Notes: generated by a model from the letters alone, not told the origin. Shown: positions 1 through 15,025, counted from the first letter of the whole stretch. The stretch is 63,549 nucleotides of DNA, filler included, from Sluysia triapertura (GCA_046118255.1; 5 parts of 5 records of this genome joined end to end with filler, not necessarily neighbours in it), one strand, 5' to 3'. Numbers and translations are program-made.

Positions 1-15
1 TATTATTATTATTAA

Positions 16-77
<62 letters not shown>
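1..77. repeat. (TAT)n microsatellite
   Basis: Near-perfect TAT trinucleotide run seen directly. Confidence 0.95.
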
Positions 78-226
78 GTATTGTGCGCAGTGTTATCAAG
101 ATGAATTATGATTTTGGTTATTTCCACTGAAAGAACGAACCATCATTAGATTTAGAAATTAAGGCTTTGTTTTATAATTTCATAAAATTATTTTTGTGAT
201 TTTATTGAACAAAGAATTTTTCTTAA

Positions 227-392
227 TACTAAACCTACCGTGCCGGGTCATTTATATGACCTATTATATGATTTTTTACCAAACCACCACTTATATTTAT
301 TTTTTTGCAATGACTTTCAAAACATTTTTATTTTTGCTTTTTTAAGAAAAAAATGCAACCTTGCATAAACTACCGTGACGGGTCAATTGACC
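227..392 (+). mobile_element. piggyBac-like terminus (one end only)
   Basis: TTAA (223-226) is followed by TACTAAACCTACCG. The subterminal motif CTACCGTGMCGGGTCA..TGACC occurs twice (235-261, 370-392), resembling CACTA-start piggyBac ends. No partner end was recognised. Confidence 0.4.
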
Positions 393-1279
393 ATAATTTA
401 AATTCTATGAGGTTTTCATTATGTTTTTGTGTAACATAAGTACTTATATAATGTTTATAAATGTAAAAATACACCCATTCATGTGTCTATGCAATTGTTC
501 GGTTTTTTATCTACTCGAACAATTATAAAATAAATTTTTAGAAGTTGGGTCGGCCTACGCTAAACGGTTTATCTTACTTATAGGGACGTTCACGTAGGTT
601 TTTCAAAAAATAACTGAAGGTCAGAAAAATGCTAGTTATATTAACTATGTTCTTTGTCTTTTCTTTAATTCTAGAATATATCTCTAAAAATATGTTCTTT
701 ACATTATATTTTTTAACTCGTTTATTTAAAAATTATACCTTAGATCCTTTATATTAATAACTATAAATTCTTTAATCCTCTTAATTTTTTAATTACTATA
801 AGCTTTCTCTCTTTAAAACAAAAATTATGTAATGTTAATAATTAAACTTTAATTGCAAATTGTTAATTCTTTTTATGTTAACTCAATCCTTATTCGTAAT
901 AATAAAAAACAAAATAAATTCGGAACTTTTATTAAAAACAATGTGATAAAAACCTTTAAATATGTAATTATATGTATATCCACAAAAAATAGTAGAATTT
1001 ATAATATGATGAACAATTCAATATAATAAAATTATAATTTTACAATTTAACATAGGATTTTGACTCAGAGTATAACTTTGAGTTTCTTACAAATATGTCA
1101 GTGATTTTTAGTGTATTTTGAGACCGAACAAATAGGGTCAATAACTTATCAGTAAAAGCTTACTTAATCAATTTATAAAAGATTGTTTGCTGATTTCGTG
1201 GACGCAACCGAATGTGATCGAAAACCAAGTATGACCAGATCGTAAATTAGATATTACCAAATTGTAGATCGAATATGAC

Positions 1280-1334
1280 AAATCGAATATAACCAAATCG
1301 AATATAACCAGATTGAATATAACCAAATCGAATA
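1280..1334. repeat. 15-bp tandem repeat (AAATCGAATATAACC)
   Basis: About 3.5 direct copies, with degenerate flanking units from ~1205. Confidence 0.85.
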
Positions 1335-2366
1335 TTGAAAGATCAATTTATAAAATCGTCGAACCAAATTAAAACGCTAGTGTCGAAAGTCTCTTTATTT
1401 TCTTGTGCTTTTATAAATTCTAACGTAAATTAACTTTTTACTCTTGTGTCAGATAATTATTAAACTTGGCCTTTTATACTTAGCATTAATGATTATTAAT
1501 TTCCGATATTTAAAATTTCCGTTTTTTACTGATAAATCATAATATAAATATCCTTTTATAATTAATTAATTAATGTTTATAAAACTTTTCAATAAAAATT
1601 TTAAAATAAATATCCGTTTTTAAGATTTAATTATTTATAAATGAATAATTTGTATAATAACATAAATAATAAATATTACGCAATGACGTTTTTAATTTTA
1701 TTATTCAATAAATTTATTATTATTATTTACAAAATTATTAATAAATTTTTTACAATAAAATTATTATTATATTTACAAATTTTACAATAAATAATACATA
1801 ATAAATTATGATCGTTAGGATAATATTATTTACACAATAAAAAGAATCTATAACGTCATGTTTTTAAAGAAGTTCTTTATGATTGATTACTATTGAAAAT
1901 TACATTTACAAGGATAGCATGCCACTTTATTCAAGTAAACTATTCAAATGAGAACATTGTACGCTCACAGTTTACAAAAGTAAAGCAAATAAATTTTCTT
2001 TTAAAATTATGTTAGTGATTCAAAACTCATTCTAAATGTTGACAAAGTGTTGACTAAACAAAGAGTAGTTAAACGGTTTTGAAACATTTGAAAACTTGAA
2101 TAATATCTGTACACCAGCCATTTTATGTAATTAACAAAGCAGCTGAGTAATTGGTAAATTGTCTTATTTCCTACTACTTGAGATTCGACTAAAAATTTTT
2201 AAAGCTTATCCGAATATCATTTTTTAATATTAAGTAATGTTGAATCCCGCTAAGGTCTATGAATAGTAACTTCGTGTTTAGGTAGCTAGCAACATAATGG
2301 TACCCGATGAGTCATTAATCATGAAACGTGAAACTATATAAATGATATTATGAAAAATGAACAATC

Positions 2367-4100
2367 TGTTGGAATTACTCAATTGTTGATTAAGAAATAT
2401 GTAAACTATGTATAAGATTGGAAAATGTAAGAAGAATTGATACAAAAAGATGAGAAAAATGAGTGAAAATGACTCATATGGAAACGTTTATATTCATTTT
2501 GAAAGTTGAGGAATACCTTGGAATTACTTAGGTGTTGAGAACCCTAAGGTCTGAAATGTTTTGAAGCATCAAAGTATTCTTGAATTTGTGAACCTTGAGA
2601 TCTTATCAAACCTTAAGTATTGATACGAATTTGGGACTTTTGAGTGCCCTTTAAAGTATTTGAATTAAGTCATTGTTAATTTTTATACATTAATAATAAT
2701 TAACATAGAGAAGTAGAAAAAGCATCTAGAGTCCCCTGAATGTTGTATAGGGTACTAAATAACTTTGGAATCTTAATAAGACCTTTAACTATAAATAAGA
2801 TTAAGTCTAAAATAGATTAATTAAAATCTTAACTTAATTAAGTTTTATTGAATAGCGTTTGAATACGGAATGCTGTGTCAAATTTTGTGACTGAGTATCT
2901 GTTTGATTTAAAAGATCTTTTGATGACGATATGGTTTGACAGAATTCACGCAATGAAAGCTCCAATATTGGTCTAAGTCATGTTTTAATTAACTATCAAT
3001 TTTAGAATTTTTCATATTTAGAATGATGAAACGATAATGAATTGAAAGAGTAGAACCTAGAAATGAATTTGAAATTTATGTAGAACGGTCTGTGTAAGAA
3101 TGAAAAAATTTGATGTGAAAAAATGAAAATCAATTGAATTCTAAAAACTAAAGTTAAATTCATTATTTTATGTATGTTGATAATACTAATGATTATTATT
3201 TTAATGTGAGAAGTAATTTAAGTAAAATAGAAGCAAATAGTGTTTAATCATTTTTATGCTTTGTACTAATAATAAAGTCTGTCAGGCCATACCATGTAAT
3301 TGTCAAAGCTATTATTGTTGATCTAATCGTTAGTGTAGGAGAATGTTTCATTGTAAAACTCAATAATGATTGGATAATGAGAAAGTAAAAGGAAAAATAA
3401 TTCAAAACTTTTCAACACAATTTTTCAAAAACAATAAAAAACTTTCTCTTACAGAGTAGTTCAATGTATGGGTAATAATGTAATTTCTTTATCATTTATT
3501 CTTAAAATAAAATGTAATTCTTTTAGTAAATAAATTACCAAATTTGTTTTTTTAATTAATTTATTTGTTTATCTAATTTATTTTGCTTTTTAGGTAACAC
3601 TGGATTTTTGGGAGGACTCCTCAATTTTTTTAAAAATAAAATTTAAAATTTTAGGGAACATTTTACTAATTTTTTATCATTACTAGGAATTAAACTGGTT
3701 TTGGCATTTAGACTTATTATTCATTATCATTACATTGTATTAGCCAATACGACCTTTTCAAGTATTAAATTACAAATTAATTTTTAGCTGGCAGATAACT
3801 AATTGGAAAGATTCTTTGCTAGTTTTATTCTTTTGGTAAAAGTTATTGCGAAAAAGGAGATTCACATATTCTAGTTTTATTATTATCCTTATTTAATACT
3901 TTGTTCCCGATATTTATTTATCACTGGTACTAATATTCTTTTCTTAATTTATAATTTGATTTTGAAGTTTTAACTTTAAATAAAAAGAAAATTTTGTTAT
4001 TATTTTATTAAATAATTAGTGTTGAGTTTTAATACTTAATGTAATAAACTAAGGAAGTAGCTGTCAATATTTTCAGTTTAATTGAAGCTACATATAACTC
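2367..4100 (+). mobile_element. Repeat family A, diverged near-complete copy (TGTTG...CAACA, solo-LTR-like)
   Basis: Starts TGTTGGAATTAC. Colinear by eye with the reverse complement of 55116-57308 over more than 1 kb (e.g. CATCTAGAG..CCTGAATG, AATAAGATTAAGTCT, TTTGAATRCGGAATGCT, TTCATTATTTTTATGTATGTT). Right end approximate. Confidence 0.75.
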
Positions 4101-5446
4101 TTAACAAATATATTTTTAGGCTTGTTGGAATTTTGATTGTTTTAACACAACCAAATGCTTATGTTGTAAAAATTATCTCCTCTTTTGTCATTACGTAGGC
4201 ATTTTCCTTTCATACATACTTTTAAACTCTAAGTCATTGTGCTAAAAATATCTTTATTTATTATAAAATTTTGAAAATTAATAAATTTTAATTTTTTTAT
4301 AAAATACAATTTGTAAAACTAAAATCGGATTTACAATTAAATTTTATAAATTATCTTTTACATTATAATTTTATTTTAATTTTAATAATTTTATCATATT
4401 TAAAAACACAATTATAATTGTTATTTTGTTTTTTGAAGCATATTTTACTATAAAAGTTTGACATTTGTTTTTTAATGAAATTAAACGTACTAAAATGATA
4501 TAATTTTGGATTAAAATGATATTTTTGGAAAAGCTGTACATTTAATGAAAGGTGCTGTTATTATCTATCATTAGTGGAATTACTTGAATCTTGCAATGTA
4601 AATTAATGGATAGATCGTATGAAATTATATTTTTAATGAATTCTAAAAGGTTTACGAACGGAATAATTAAATAAACTATAAACACAAAATTGTTTTTCTT
4701 GTTAGAAGTATTTTAAAACAAATTCTAATTTCGATATATTTAACTTTAACACAATACAATATCAATTATAATTAAGTAAAATTGAATGTAAAGTTCGTAA
4801 TAAATATAAATTACCAAATTTAAATTACTCAAATCTAGAGGTACTAGCACAACATAGGTAAATGTTAGTACCCTAATAACAAGAAAATGAAAAACACAAT
4901 AAAGGCTTAAAGCCTAATTAACCATAGGAAAATAAAGCAATCTAAAACAAAGTTTAATCAATTATTAAATGAATGAAAGATTCAATCTCATTGTTCACCA
5001 TTACTGCGTTGAAAGAGCCTTCTTGTAGCATATAATTCAATAATAGACGACGCATGCCTATTTATTTAAACCACTTTTAATAATAATGTAAGTGATAATG
5101 TAAGTGAACAATAATGTAAGTCTTATTATTATCCAGCAATTATTCAAAGATAATGAGTAACAAACTAACTCTTATCTAATACAAAATTTAACTTAATGAT
5201 TATAATTGATGTGGTTTCAATTAAAATGAAACCAGCTATAATAAAATTAGCTAATTTAAATTTTGGCGAGTTCGCAGGCTTGTCCACAATACTTTTAAAT
5301 CAAAACAATAAAATATCAAAGTTTACGGAGATCTCTTCTTACTTTTTATTAATAGCATATTCGCTTTAATACATTAACAAGAAGTTTACTGTTAAACTCT
5401 TTCTATAATTACTAAAATGGAGTCTACGACTTTTTAAGGTATCAAT

Positions 5447-5770
5447 TATGCTTCATTTTCATTACCATCATTCTTTTTAATGTTCGTATCGTAGTTCAGA
5501 CGACTAAATACGTTTTCATCTGCAATAATTGGTTCTTCTTCATTTCCTTCTATTTTGCGTTCTATAGATTTCAAATTTAGAGTTGATGTTACTGCCAAAA
5601 CTACCAATACGCTTAATAATTAAATTATTCTAAAACCCAATAAATGTATGAGAGTAATCCTTCACCTGAAGAATTTAGATATCTTTTACGAATTTCACTA
5701 GCATCTCTATAATTCAAAATGAATCCTTGATACGATTTAATTTCTTCCATACGTTTTGGATATTTGAAGT
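5447..5770 (-). pseudogene. Decayed coding-like fragment with a hydrophobic segment, unknown product
   Basis: Reads FKYPKRMEEIKSYQGFILNYRDASEIRKRYLNSSGEGLLSY, then a frameshift/stop, then LLSVLVVLAVTSTLNLKSIERKIEGNEEEPIIADENVF...*. No family recognised. Confidence 0.3.
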
Positions 5771-6399
5771 ATTATGTATCTCAAACAATAATTTTATTTA
5801 AAATTTAATTTGGCAATTTAATGAGAACAGGCGAATGATTAACTACTTCCCAATCATCATCAAATTCATTATAATTTATTCATTTCATATTTTATATAAA
5901 TGTAATAGCTTTTGGAAAACTTCATCTGAGAAAATTGTTGATAATAGTTATGAGATACGAGGAACAATAAGAAATATATGCGTAAAGATGAACATAGATA
6001 CATGCAAAAGAGGAACAGCAAACCAAACATAGTAACAATAGTTACAGAAAATGTAACGATATAGTTATTATAACAGTAATCAGAAAATCATCATAACAAT
6101 AGCCATTATTATCAAGAAAATAGTTATTATTATTGTGATAATAATTATGATTATTATAGTTATTAAAAATTATTATAACTATGTTGAGTAACTCTGTTAA
6201 TTAATTTGTTTATGCAAGATGTGTCGATTTATGTTGGTGTTTGTTTGTGATTATTAACTTAGTGTTCAATATATAAATCGAGTTACAAAATGTTTGATGA
6301 ATATTTATAGGCCACGTTGTTAAATATTATTGTATAAATTTATTTTTATTTATAGTGTAAATAATAATCATTTTAATGTTTGATACTTACATTTAACTA

Positions 6400-7110
6400 T
6401 AGAATAACTACTTTAAATTGAGATTGTACAAAGATAATACATTTAGTTAAATAAGTAAAATCATACTAAATTAGGATTAAATGAAACTAATATGAAATTA
6501 AATTTTAACAATATTACGATCGATCAAAATCATTTAAAACTATGATTTAAAATATTCTGTAAATAAAACAAAATCATGTTAAATTAAGATTGCATAGAAA
6601 TAATATGAAATTAAAACTTAAAACATGATCGATCAAAATTATTTTAAAATTAGATTCCGTAAATAATATGAAACATCATATTTATAATTGAGATAATACA
6701 AAATTAAAATTATTTTAATTTCCAACATAATATTCATAAAATAAAATCAGTTTAAAATACGAGTTAGAAATTACAATAATTTAAGCCAAAAAGAAAATCA
6801 TGTCATTATTTTGATTAATTTATGATACAATTTTTATGTGATTATTAATACAAACGATTATTATTATATAATTCTTTACTTTAATTTTTTGATATACAAA
6901 CGACTAGTATTATAATTTTTAGTACTGACTATTAATAGAAACGATTATTATTATTATTGAATGTAATATAATTTGTATTACTTTAATTTTATGTCATACA
7001 AACGATTAACATTATTGAATACAGTGTCATTTTAATACTGACTATTAACACAAACGATTATCATTATCAATTTTTATTACCCTAATTTTATGATATACAA
7101 TTGATTTTCA
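6400..7110. repeat. Degenerate AT-rich minisatellites
   Basis: Recurrent AAATTARGATT..TAATATGAAA units (6400-6720) and ACAAACGATTA(TTAT) units about 45 bp apart (6848-7110). Confidence 0.6.
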
Positions 7111-8192
7111 TTATTTAATGTAACTTATTATTAGTTTTCTAAGCCAAAAAATAGACTGTAGTAAAATGCAAAAAACACAACAATATTTCAAACATTAACA
7201 ATCTCATTGCGGTTATAAACCTCAGCAATCTAATTGTGATTTGTTCGACATTATTTGCTGATTACGTTGTGGTTATTAATCATTGATTATAGTGCGGCTA
7301 TTATTGAAGGAAGGCTTACAATTTTAACTGACGTATCGAATATTTTGTAACTATTTTGTGAAATATATTTTGGCTTAATCTGTTAAAGTACATATAATTT
7401 TAACATTCATTGGTATAAGTTAATCATATTGTTCAAATAAAATTTAGTGATTCTTTTATTCATATTAAAAAGGGATTGAAAAATGAAGCCTCTGAGAAGT
7501 AAACTAAAGGTTATTACTAAATAAACTAAAGTTACAAAATGAAACTTTTGAGAAATAAAGTTCTGTAAGAAATAAAATAAAGTCTTTCTAGAATAAGATA
7601 AAGTTTTACAAAATAAGATAGTGTTATAAGATAAATCGAAGTTTCATAAAACAAAGTTAAGCTTCACCAAATAAAGAGATAGTTGAATACTATTCATATA
7701 TTTAAATAAATTAAATAAAGTTCAATTGATTCTAGGTAAAAATAGAAATTTAATTAAGTAAAACTAATAAGATTTAAACGAGTTAAACACTTCTAGCTGA
7801 AACGAATATGGGATTTACGACATCAAAGATAAGTATTTTAGATTGAGTTAAACTTTTAAACAAATTTAGTAAACTAATTACAGTACATAATTATTGACAC
7901 TCGCTAAGAACATAGAATATTTGACATTATAAACATAAAGCAATACCATAATTTTTACAATAGTTATTATTAATATTGTTATTAATTATTTTATATATGG
8001 TAAAAATATTATATATTGTTGTTTATGAAATATTATTATTTTCCTGAAATGGCATTTCTTTTATTTTTTTTTAAAAAGTTCCTTTATGGATTACTATATA
8101 ACTTCGAAATGATTAACATAATTATTAAAATATAATACTTAATCAATTAACCAAATTTATTAGTATCGTACATATTATATATAATATGGAAA

Positions 8193-8393
8193 TTATTTAT
8201 CGTCAAATTTAAATATATATTCTGTAAATACACCAAGAAATTGAAATAACAATAAAACAATAGCCATGACACCACAATAGTACACTTCCTTATCCAATAC
8301 ATTTCGTATTAAACCACTGCAGCCTTTCAGGAACAAATCAGGACCGAAATATATTAAATCATTAGCTAAAATTAATAATAAAAAGACAAACAA
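8193..8393 (-). CDS. Possible fragment of a multi-pass membrane protein
   Basis: 66-codon open frame with two hydrophobic segments flanking GLIRNVLDKEV. Faint resemblance to MFS/SLC46 C-terminal helices. No splice sites established. Confidence 0.2.
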   Translation of the reverse strand: MFVFLLLILANDLIYFGPDLFLKGCSGLIRNVLDKEVYYCGVMAIVLLLFQFLGVFTEYIFKFDDK

Positions 8394-9789
8394 TTAATCA
8401 AATAAGAACAATTTTGAAATATTACTTTAAAAATATGTATTTTCATTAATAATAATTATTATTATTTTATTATTTATTACAAAAAACATTATTAAAAGTA
8501 AGAATAAGAATTGATAAATTCGGTATAAATATTGAATAAAATAAAACAAAATTTCATAATGGAAAAGGTAATAAAGTATAAAAAGTTTAAAAGTTTTAGC
8601 GAATTAGAGGAAGTGGAGATTAGAAGTACAACAAAACGATGGAGAGTTAATAAATATTAGCAGATTGGAATTTGATATAAAATAAACCAATCTGGGATTA
8701 AAATTCGTTCAAAATTATTTTTGTCATTAGTGTAATTATTATAAAAAGTTCATTAGAGCAGCACAAAACAAACTCAAACTTATTTAACTTCTACTAAAAT
8801 GTCTAATTAAATTTAATCTAAGTCAAAATTAAAAAGAAATTTAATTTTTAATCATTTTTGTTTATTTATTTTTATTTTATTTGAGCTAAAGTTTGAATAT
8901 GTACTTTTATTATATATGCTTTTGTTTATAAGAAAACGTTTTATCTTGTAATTGTGTAAAAATATTAATTGCAAGAGTTTCATTACTGATTTAGTTAAAT
9001 GGCCAGAATTTATTGATGTAATTCTATTTACAAAACCTACAATCAATTTGTTTTAAAACTTATATTAGTGGGTTTGCCTGTGATCTAAGTCTTAGACAAT
9101 AAGGGCTCATCCACAGGATTTAAATACAAACAAATGGAGTAAACTTATGGAGGTTTAATATGCAATTACATATGCCTAACTTAAATAGTTATACCTGCAA
9201 TAACTGCTAAAATAGGCTTATTAAATATGCGTAATTAATAGATTAGTGCTGAATTTAAAACTCATTAAAGAATGCATTTTTAGTAACAACTAGGTTGATT
9301 TTAAGTCCTTTAAAATAGGACGTGGAATTAATAACTTAATGTAGTTTTAAACTGACATACAAAATCAATAATTCAATGGAATTTAAATCGATTATAACTA
9401 TATAAATTAAAATCACTTTATTTTAAGTCCTTATTTAAAATGCGTCAATAAAAATATTTTAACATTTTGATGAAATAAATTTAATTCAATAATAATATTC
9501 ATTCTTGAAAATCGGCAATTAATATTATGTAGAACGGAAAAATTAAAACATATATAATGAGGCTTAAACTTAGTATAAAGGTTTTATACATTTAACCGAC
9601 GTTAAAATCTTATAGAATTCGTAAGAAAATCAGAATAAATGTATATGCAACAAGAACTAGTACAGATGTAATAAATATTGTTGAAGTTAATAAATTTTTA
9701 AAATCACTAAGGTTAAGTACAAATTCCTAGGTTGCTGATGGATATTAACTGTACACTTTCTCACCACCTAATCACACTTGAATTTCATA

Positions 9790-10245
9790 ATAAAACTCTC
9801 TCACATAAATCATTAGAACATCTTTAAGAATTAAAGAGACAAGAACAGCTGTGACAATTGCATGGTACGGCCTGCCTAACTTTATAAAACACAAAAAATT
9901 GATTAATGATCAACAACCGTCATTTTATTTTACTCTTACTCTATGCTAGACTTCATGAAATTGATTGACCGGAGATCGAACCAGGAACCTCTACCTGCGT
10001 AGTTTGATGCTCTACCATTGAGCTATCAACCCCATCTAACAAATTTATTTTATTAAAGTCAAATTTACCAAATGGCATTTTAGGCCTTTTACCCCCAACA
10101 TCTATCTATCTTTACTTAACTCACTACTCACATTAAAAAATAAATTGTCAACACGCGTAAAAATAATTAATTTAAGTTTACTTTTTAGATTTTAATTGAT
10201 TTTCATTTTTTTCACACCAAATTTTCTAATGGAAAGTGTTTAAGC
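9790..10245 (-). mobile_element. Repeat family A fragment interrupted by a ~160-bp insert
   Basis: Colinear with 56136-56445 and 59415-59680 on both sides of 9945-10105. Confidence 0.75.
9961..10032 (-). tRNA. tRNA pseudogene or tRNA-derived element (ACG at the anticodon position, anticodon stem broken)
   Basis: Minus strand reads GGGTTGA TA GCTC AATGGTA GAGC A TCAAA CTACGCA GGTAG AGGTT CCTGG TTCGATC TCCGG TCAATCA. A and B boxes and the D stem are intact, acceptor stem 6/7, T stem 4/5, anticodon stem unpaired. Confidence 0.75.
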
Positions 10246-13200
10246 TTCCATGGAACATATATGTTTGTAAATAAATTATAAGAAAAAAATTGATGCTTTA
10301 TAAATAATTAATTTTGTATTATTTTGTTAAATTTATTTATTTGTAAATAAAATTAAAAAATCAATATTTTATAAATGTAAAGGTAAAAGTAAAAATTATT
10401 GTAAAGGTAAAAAATAAATGGTAAAAATTATTCTGTCGATAAAAATTAATGTATTTTATTTAAAATACATTTTCATATAAAAATATATAATAATTAAATT
10501 ACATTGAAATTACTATTGAAATATTATAAAAAATAAAATTATTAAAAAACAAATAATAACAATATTATTATTATTTAAAACATTTAAAACTAAATATTAT
10601 TGTTTGTAATAATGATTGTTTACGGATAATCATAGCAACATAAAAACTATAAATACAGTGGGATTTTGTAAAATAGTCACAACAAAAAACTACAGCTCAT
10701 ATTTGTTATATTTGGAAGAAAGTTATACTTTATTGTTTTCTGATTACAACTTGAGAAAATTAGGAGAAAGCCATATTTTATTCATAAATCTAATCATTAG
10801 TTTTATATTAACTAATCATTAGTTTTAAAATAAATTTAATTAATTACATAAATTATACTTAATTTTAAATTACAATTTGGTAAATATTTGGTAAATAAAT
10901 AAACTTTGTTCATAAAATTGTGATAATTAAATATTAATTATAAAATTAATATTACTAAATATTGTTTGAACGAACCTTTAACATTTTATGTGATATTTTA
11001 TTACTAAATTTAATATAATTTTGTGTATTTGATACTGTACAAGTACATTCGATTATTAAAAATTTTATTTGTAATTTGTATGTAAATATTGATTTCACAT
11101 TTTCTAAAGTTATACAATTGAATTGATAGTTTTTTATCTAAAGTACGAATTAACATTTTATATCCAAAGTTTAATTGATTTAAATTTTATTATTGAATTT
11201 AATATTTTGTGTTTTTTAATAAATAATTTATAACATTCCTTGTGTCTTTTAATAAATAATAATCATTTAAATATTTTTATTCGGATAATTTTTGAATAAA
11301 ATAATAATTAAATTAACACTTTGTATCTTTTAAATAGTGATTATATCTATTCTTTAAATTATAATAAATTCTTCATTAAGAAAATTCAATTACAAAAAGT
11401 GTTTCGAACTAGGTATCACGTAGAATCAATAATTTATATACATATATACCTCCAGTGTTACTTTTTTTATTGACGCTGCAAATCTATGTGTTGGCACTTG
11501 AGTGAGTAAAACCAGTATCATAAAGAATTCACAATAAGAATAAGGAAACTAATCCAAAACAATTTTATCTTATATCCGTCTTTAATCTTAATCTTCACAT
11601 AAATAATTAATTTTGTAAAATTTTGTTTGTAAATAAAAAATTTAATTTGTTTATAAATAAATTGTAAAGAAAAAATATTTTATAAATAGTCAATTTTGAA
11701 AAAAAATTTAATTTAAAAGTTAGTAATTACTTTTTGATTCTATGTTGATATAAAAAGTTTTGACAATATTTTTTATATTTACTTTACGGTGATATGAAAA
11801 AACTTTAGTAATTTTTATATTTATTTTATGATCATAAAGGTTATAAAAATTGTTTCATGAAATAATTGTTTCATGTGCGTTGAAATTATTAAAGAGCACG
11901 CACAAAAGTTTTATAAATCTTTCAAAATATATATTTGTTTGGAAGAAGATTGTTGAAATTAATTTGGGACGTTGAATTATTGTGTAACTTTGGGATTGTG
12001 GAAATAGACCTTTTTATTGGAAGGAGATTTTGTCAGATTGGACATCTATTTAATTGGAAAGGAGATTCTTTGGAATAAATTCTTATTAAATTGATCACTT
12101 AAGTTAATAATTAATAAGTGTGCTCCAATAATTTTAGTAATAATATACAACGTAAAATCTTTATATATTCAAAACCAAGTATCAAACCTGGTTCAGTTTA
12201 AACTAAAATTAAAATCCAAATAAAGATCATCTCTTTATTTTTAATCTGTACATCATATAAATTTGTAATTTTTATTCTTTAACCTGTGTATGTTATATAT
12301 TATATTTATTTAATAAAATTTTGTTTTTCATGTTATATTTTTTCGAGAATCTTGAGGATTAAATTTAAAAAATTTTGAAAGTTAAGAAAGAAAATAAACT
12401 AGAAAGAAAATTTAAGTGAATAGAGATATATAACATTAAAGAATACACGTAAAAGATAATTTAAAAAGATATTTAACTGCAGCATAGTGACCCTCTAATA
12501 GAGAATTCATTTTAAGAAAAACTTTAATTTTTATATTCAAAAATATATTCTTTTTTAATCTGTAATTGCGTCCTCGTTCAGATGTTGGGATTAGTGAAGG
12601 GTAAAGGTAGATATAAAGGTTTAAGACTCAGGATAACATAATAAGGTGAACGTTATTGAGGAATTGAGATAGAGGATTCTGACGAATTGTAACGGTAAGA
12701 TAAATATATAAGATACTTGAATTAAGACAAAACAATGAGAAATACGAAGAAATAACCCATGACAAGGTTTTATTTGTTAAAATACTAAGGTACATTTGTT
12801 AATTAACTTAATTAAAATTTATTTAATTTAATAAATTATTAGAGATGTTTACTCATGATATAAAAATGTTAAATTTAGTGTATACTCTTGATTTTTATTA
12901 TTGGTTTTAATGATGAAGTGTTACGAAGCACGTCCACGCAGATAACGTAAAATTAGTTATTTTAATTAATTTTGTAATTTAAAATTAAAGATTAAATACG
13001 TTCAAATGTCTGAGAATTAATAAAGTATATATCAGATTAAAGCTTGTAAAGAAACAAGGGAGTACACGCTATTGAGATTGACGTGTGACATACCGTTAAC
13101 ATGTTACGTATGATATAAAATATTGTTATTAAAAGAAATTTTATATTAGATTATAAATATGGGTAAATTAGGATGATGCATTTTCATATTTGTTTGTATA

Positions 13201-14329
13201 ATTCCAATTGTGGTATTAATTTGTGATTCGAATATTTTAAAGAGATATGGGCTTGTTCTTCACAAAACTCATGATCTCTAGATAATTGTCGGGTAATCTA
13301 AAGTCGGAAATTCATTGGAAATAAATATTGAAATTTCATTTTAGTAATTGGTCGGCATAAAACCGGCTCTAAGAAAATAGCACGCGTAGTAAACATGCGA
13401 AATAATTAAATTGAATTCTCTGGATACTCTATAAAGAGCTAACTTTTTGCAACAAAATACACAAAAAAACGATAACAGTAACAAGCGACAAAATAGTCAA
13501 AAGCCAAAGATCAGGACTATTGAAACAACTACTTGCTGTAAGGATGCTGGATTCAATTAAGTTGTGGATAACACTCACTGAATCTTTTTCTTCAGTAGTA
13601 ATACTAAAATAAAGACGGGTTTAATGGTTAGTAGAGAGCTAGGATTCATTTTGTTTTATTATTTTATATTTTTTCGCGGTAACAGCATTTATATTGTGTA
13701 ACCCCAGCGATTTTTAAAAAATTAGAAAATAATTTATTAAAGAATTTGATTTAAAAAATTAAAAAGTTTGATCTATAGAACTATGATTGTGATATAAAGA
13801 GGATGATTTATAGAATTATATTTATTGTATAAAAGATTTGATTTATGTAATTGTTATATAAGAATATATCGAGATTCAGTTTTATTTGATTTTTAGTTTT
13901 TAAAGAGGGATATTAGTAAAGAAAACAAAAACACAACACAGACATAAATCGCAATATACAGACGGACCCATCATAAAAATAGTTTTTTCATAACTGTTGA
14001 TTTTAAGAAGAAATCGAATTTATTTAGGCTATTTGGCCACTCTATTGGCAGAACTCACAGTAAATTTAGACATAAATCTGTTTACAATAATAATTTGCTA
14101 AAGACTTAAATCTTAACGAATTTCGTGATATATATCATAGCAAAAGATATTTCCGTATTGTTATACTCTAAGCATACATTCATGTTACTTACAAATACGT
14201 CATCTATAAGTCGTATATTGTAAGCGAACTCTACTGTTAATCTATTTTTCTGTAAGGTAGTTTATAAGATAAAATCACAGCAATTATTATATATCGAATT
14301 TATTTTTAATATTAATATGATTTTATTTC

Positions 14330-14580
14330 TCAAATATTTTGAAGATTTCAGCTACTCAAAGGTCTTTAGTAATTATCAAGATCTCACAAATTCTTAAAAG
14401 TTAATGGGATTTCAGATGATTTCAAGGTTCGCAAGATGAAAGGTACCTTAACGCCCCCGATCCCATTTCAAGTCTCAACACCTTACAAAGGTCTTTGGAA
14501 CTTCAAGGTATTCTTCAGCTCTCATCGTTACTATAGATACTTTCATCATCATTATCACTCGAACATTGTTTATATTGTAT
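14330..14580 (-). mobile_element. Repeat family A fragment
   Basis: Matches 56960-57210 (TCTCAACACCTTA..., TCAAGGTATTCTT). Confidence 0.65.
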
Positions 14581-15025
14581 TGCGATTTAATTTTATTTTA
14601 TACAATAATAAAGTAATTTATTTGATTTTTTATTATTTTAATAAATTGATGAGCTGTGAATGGTTTCATGTGCTCAAAGACTATTTAAAGATAAAATACA
14701 TCGAAGTAGAATAACACCGAAGCAATATTTTTAGAAGATTTAAGAAAGAAGTTCATAGATTTTTTGAAAAACATATTGACATCCTCGATATTCATTCATT
14801 GATTTCATTCGGAATGTAAAGGAACTTGTTTATGTTCACCATTCGAATTCGTCAGAAAGAAAAATTATCAAGATTATCCAAGATTTCTTTAAATAGGGAT
14901 TTAAGTAGTAAGTTCTATTCATACAGGTTTTGTCTCTTCTTTAAAGGAAGATTTAAATTATTACTCAAACTTTATAAATGTTTGACTAGTTTAAGTCTAA
15001 TATTAAAATCTTTATAAAATACGTT

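Noticed and set aside
2262-2340. Hammerhead-like ATAGTA...CCGATGAG...GAAACTAT
   Set aside because: The core reads CCGA rather than CUGA, and stems I and II pair poorly.
3270-3900. Apparent membrane-protein exons
   Set aside because: The sequence is part of non-coding repeat family A.
12583-12764. TGTTGGGA...TGACA possible small solo LTR
   Set aside because: No TSD and no second copy beyond the first ~10 bp.
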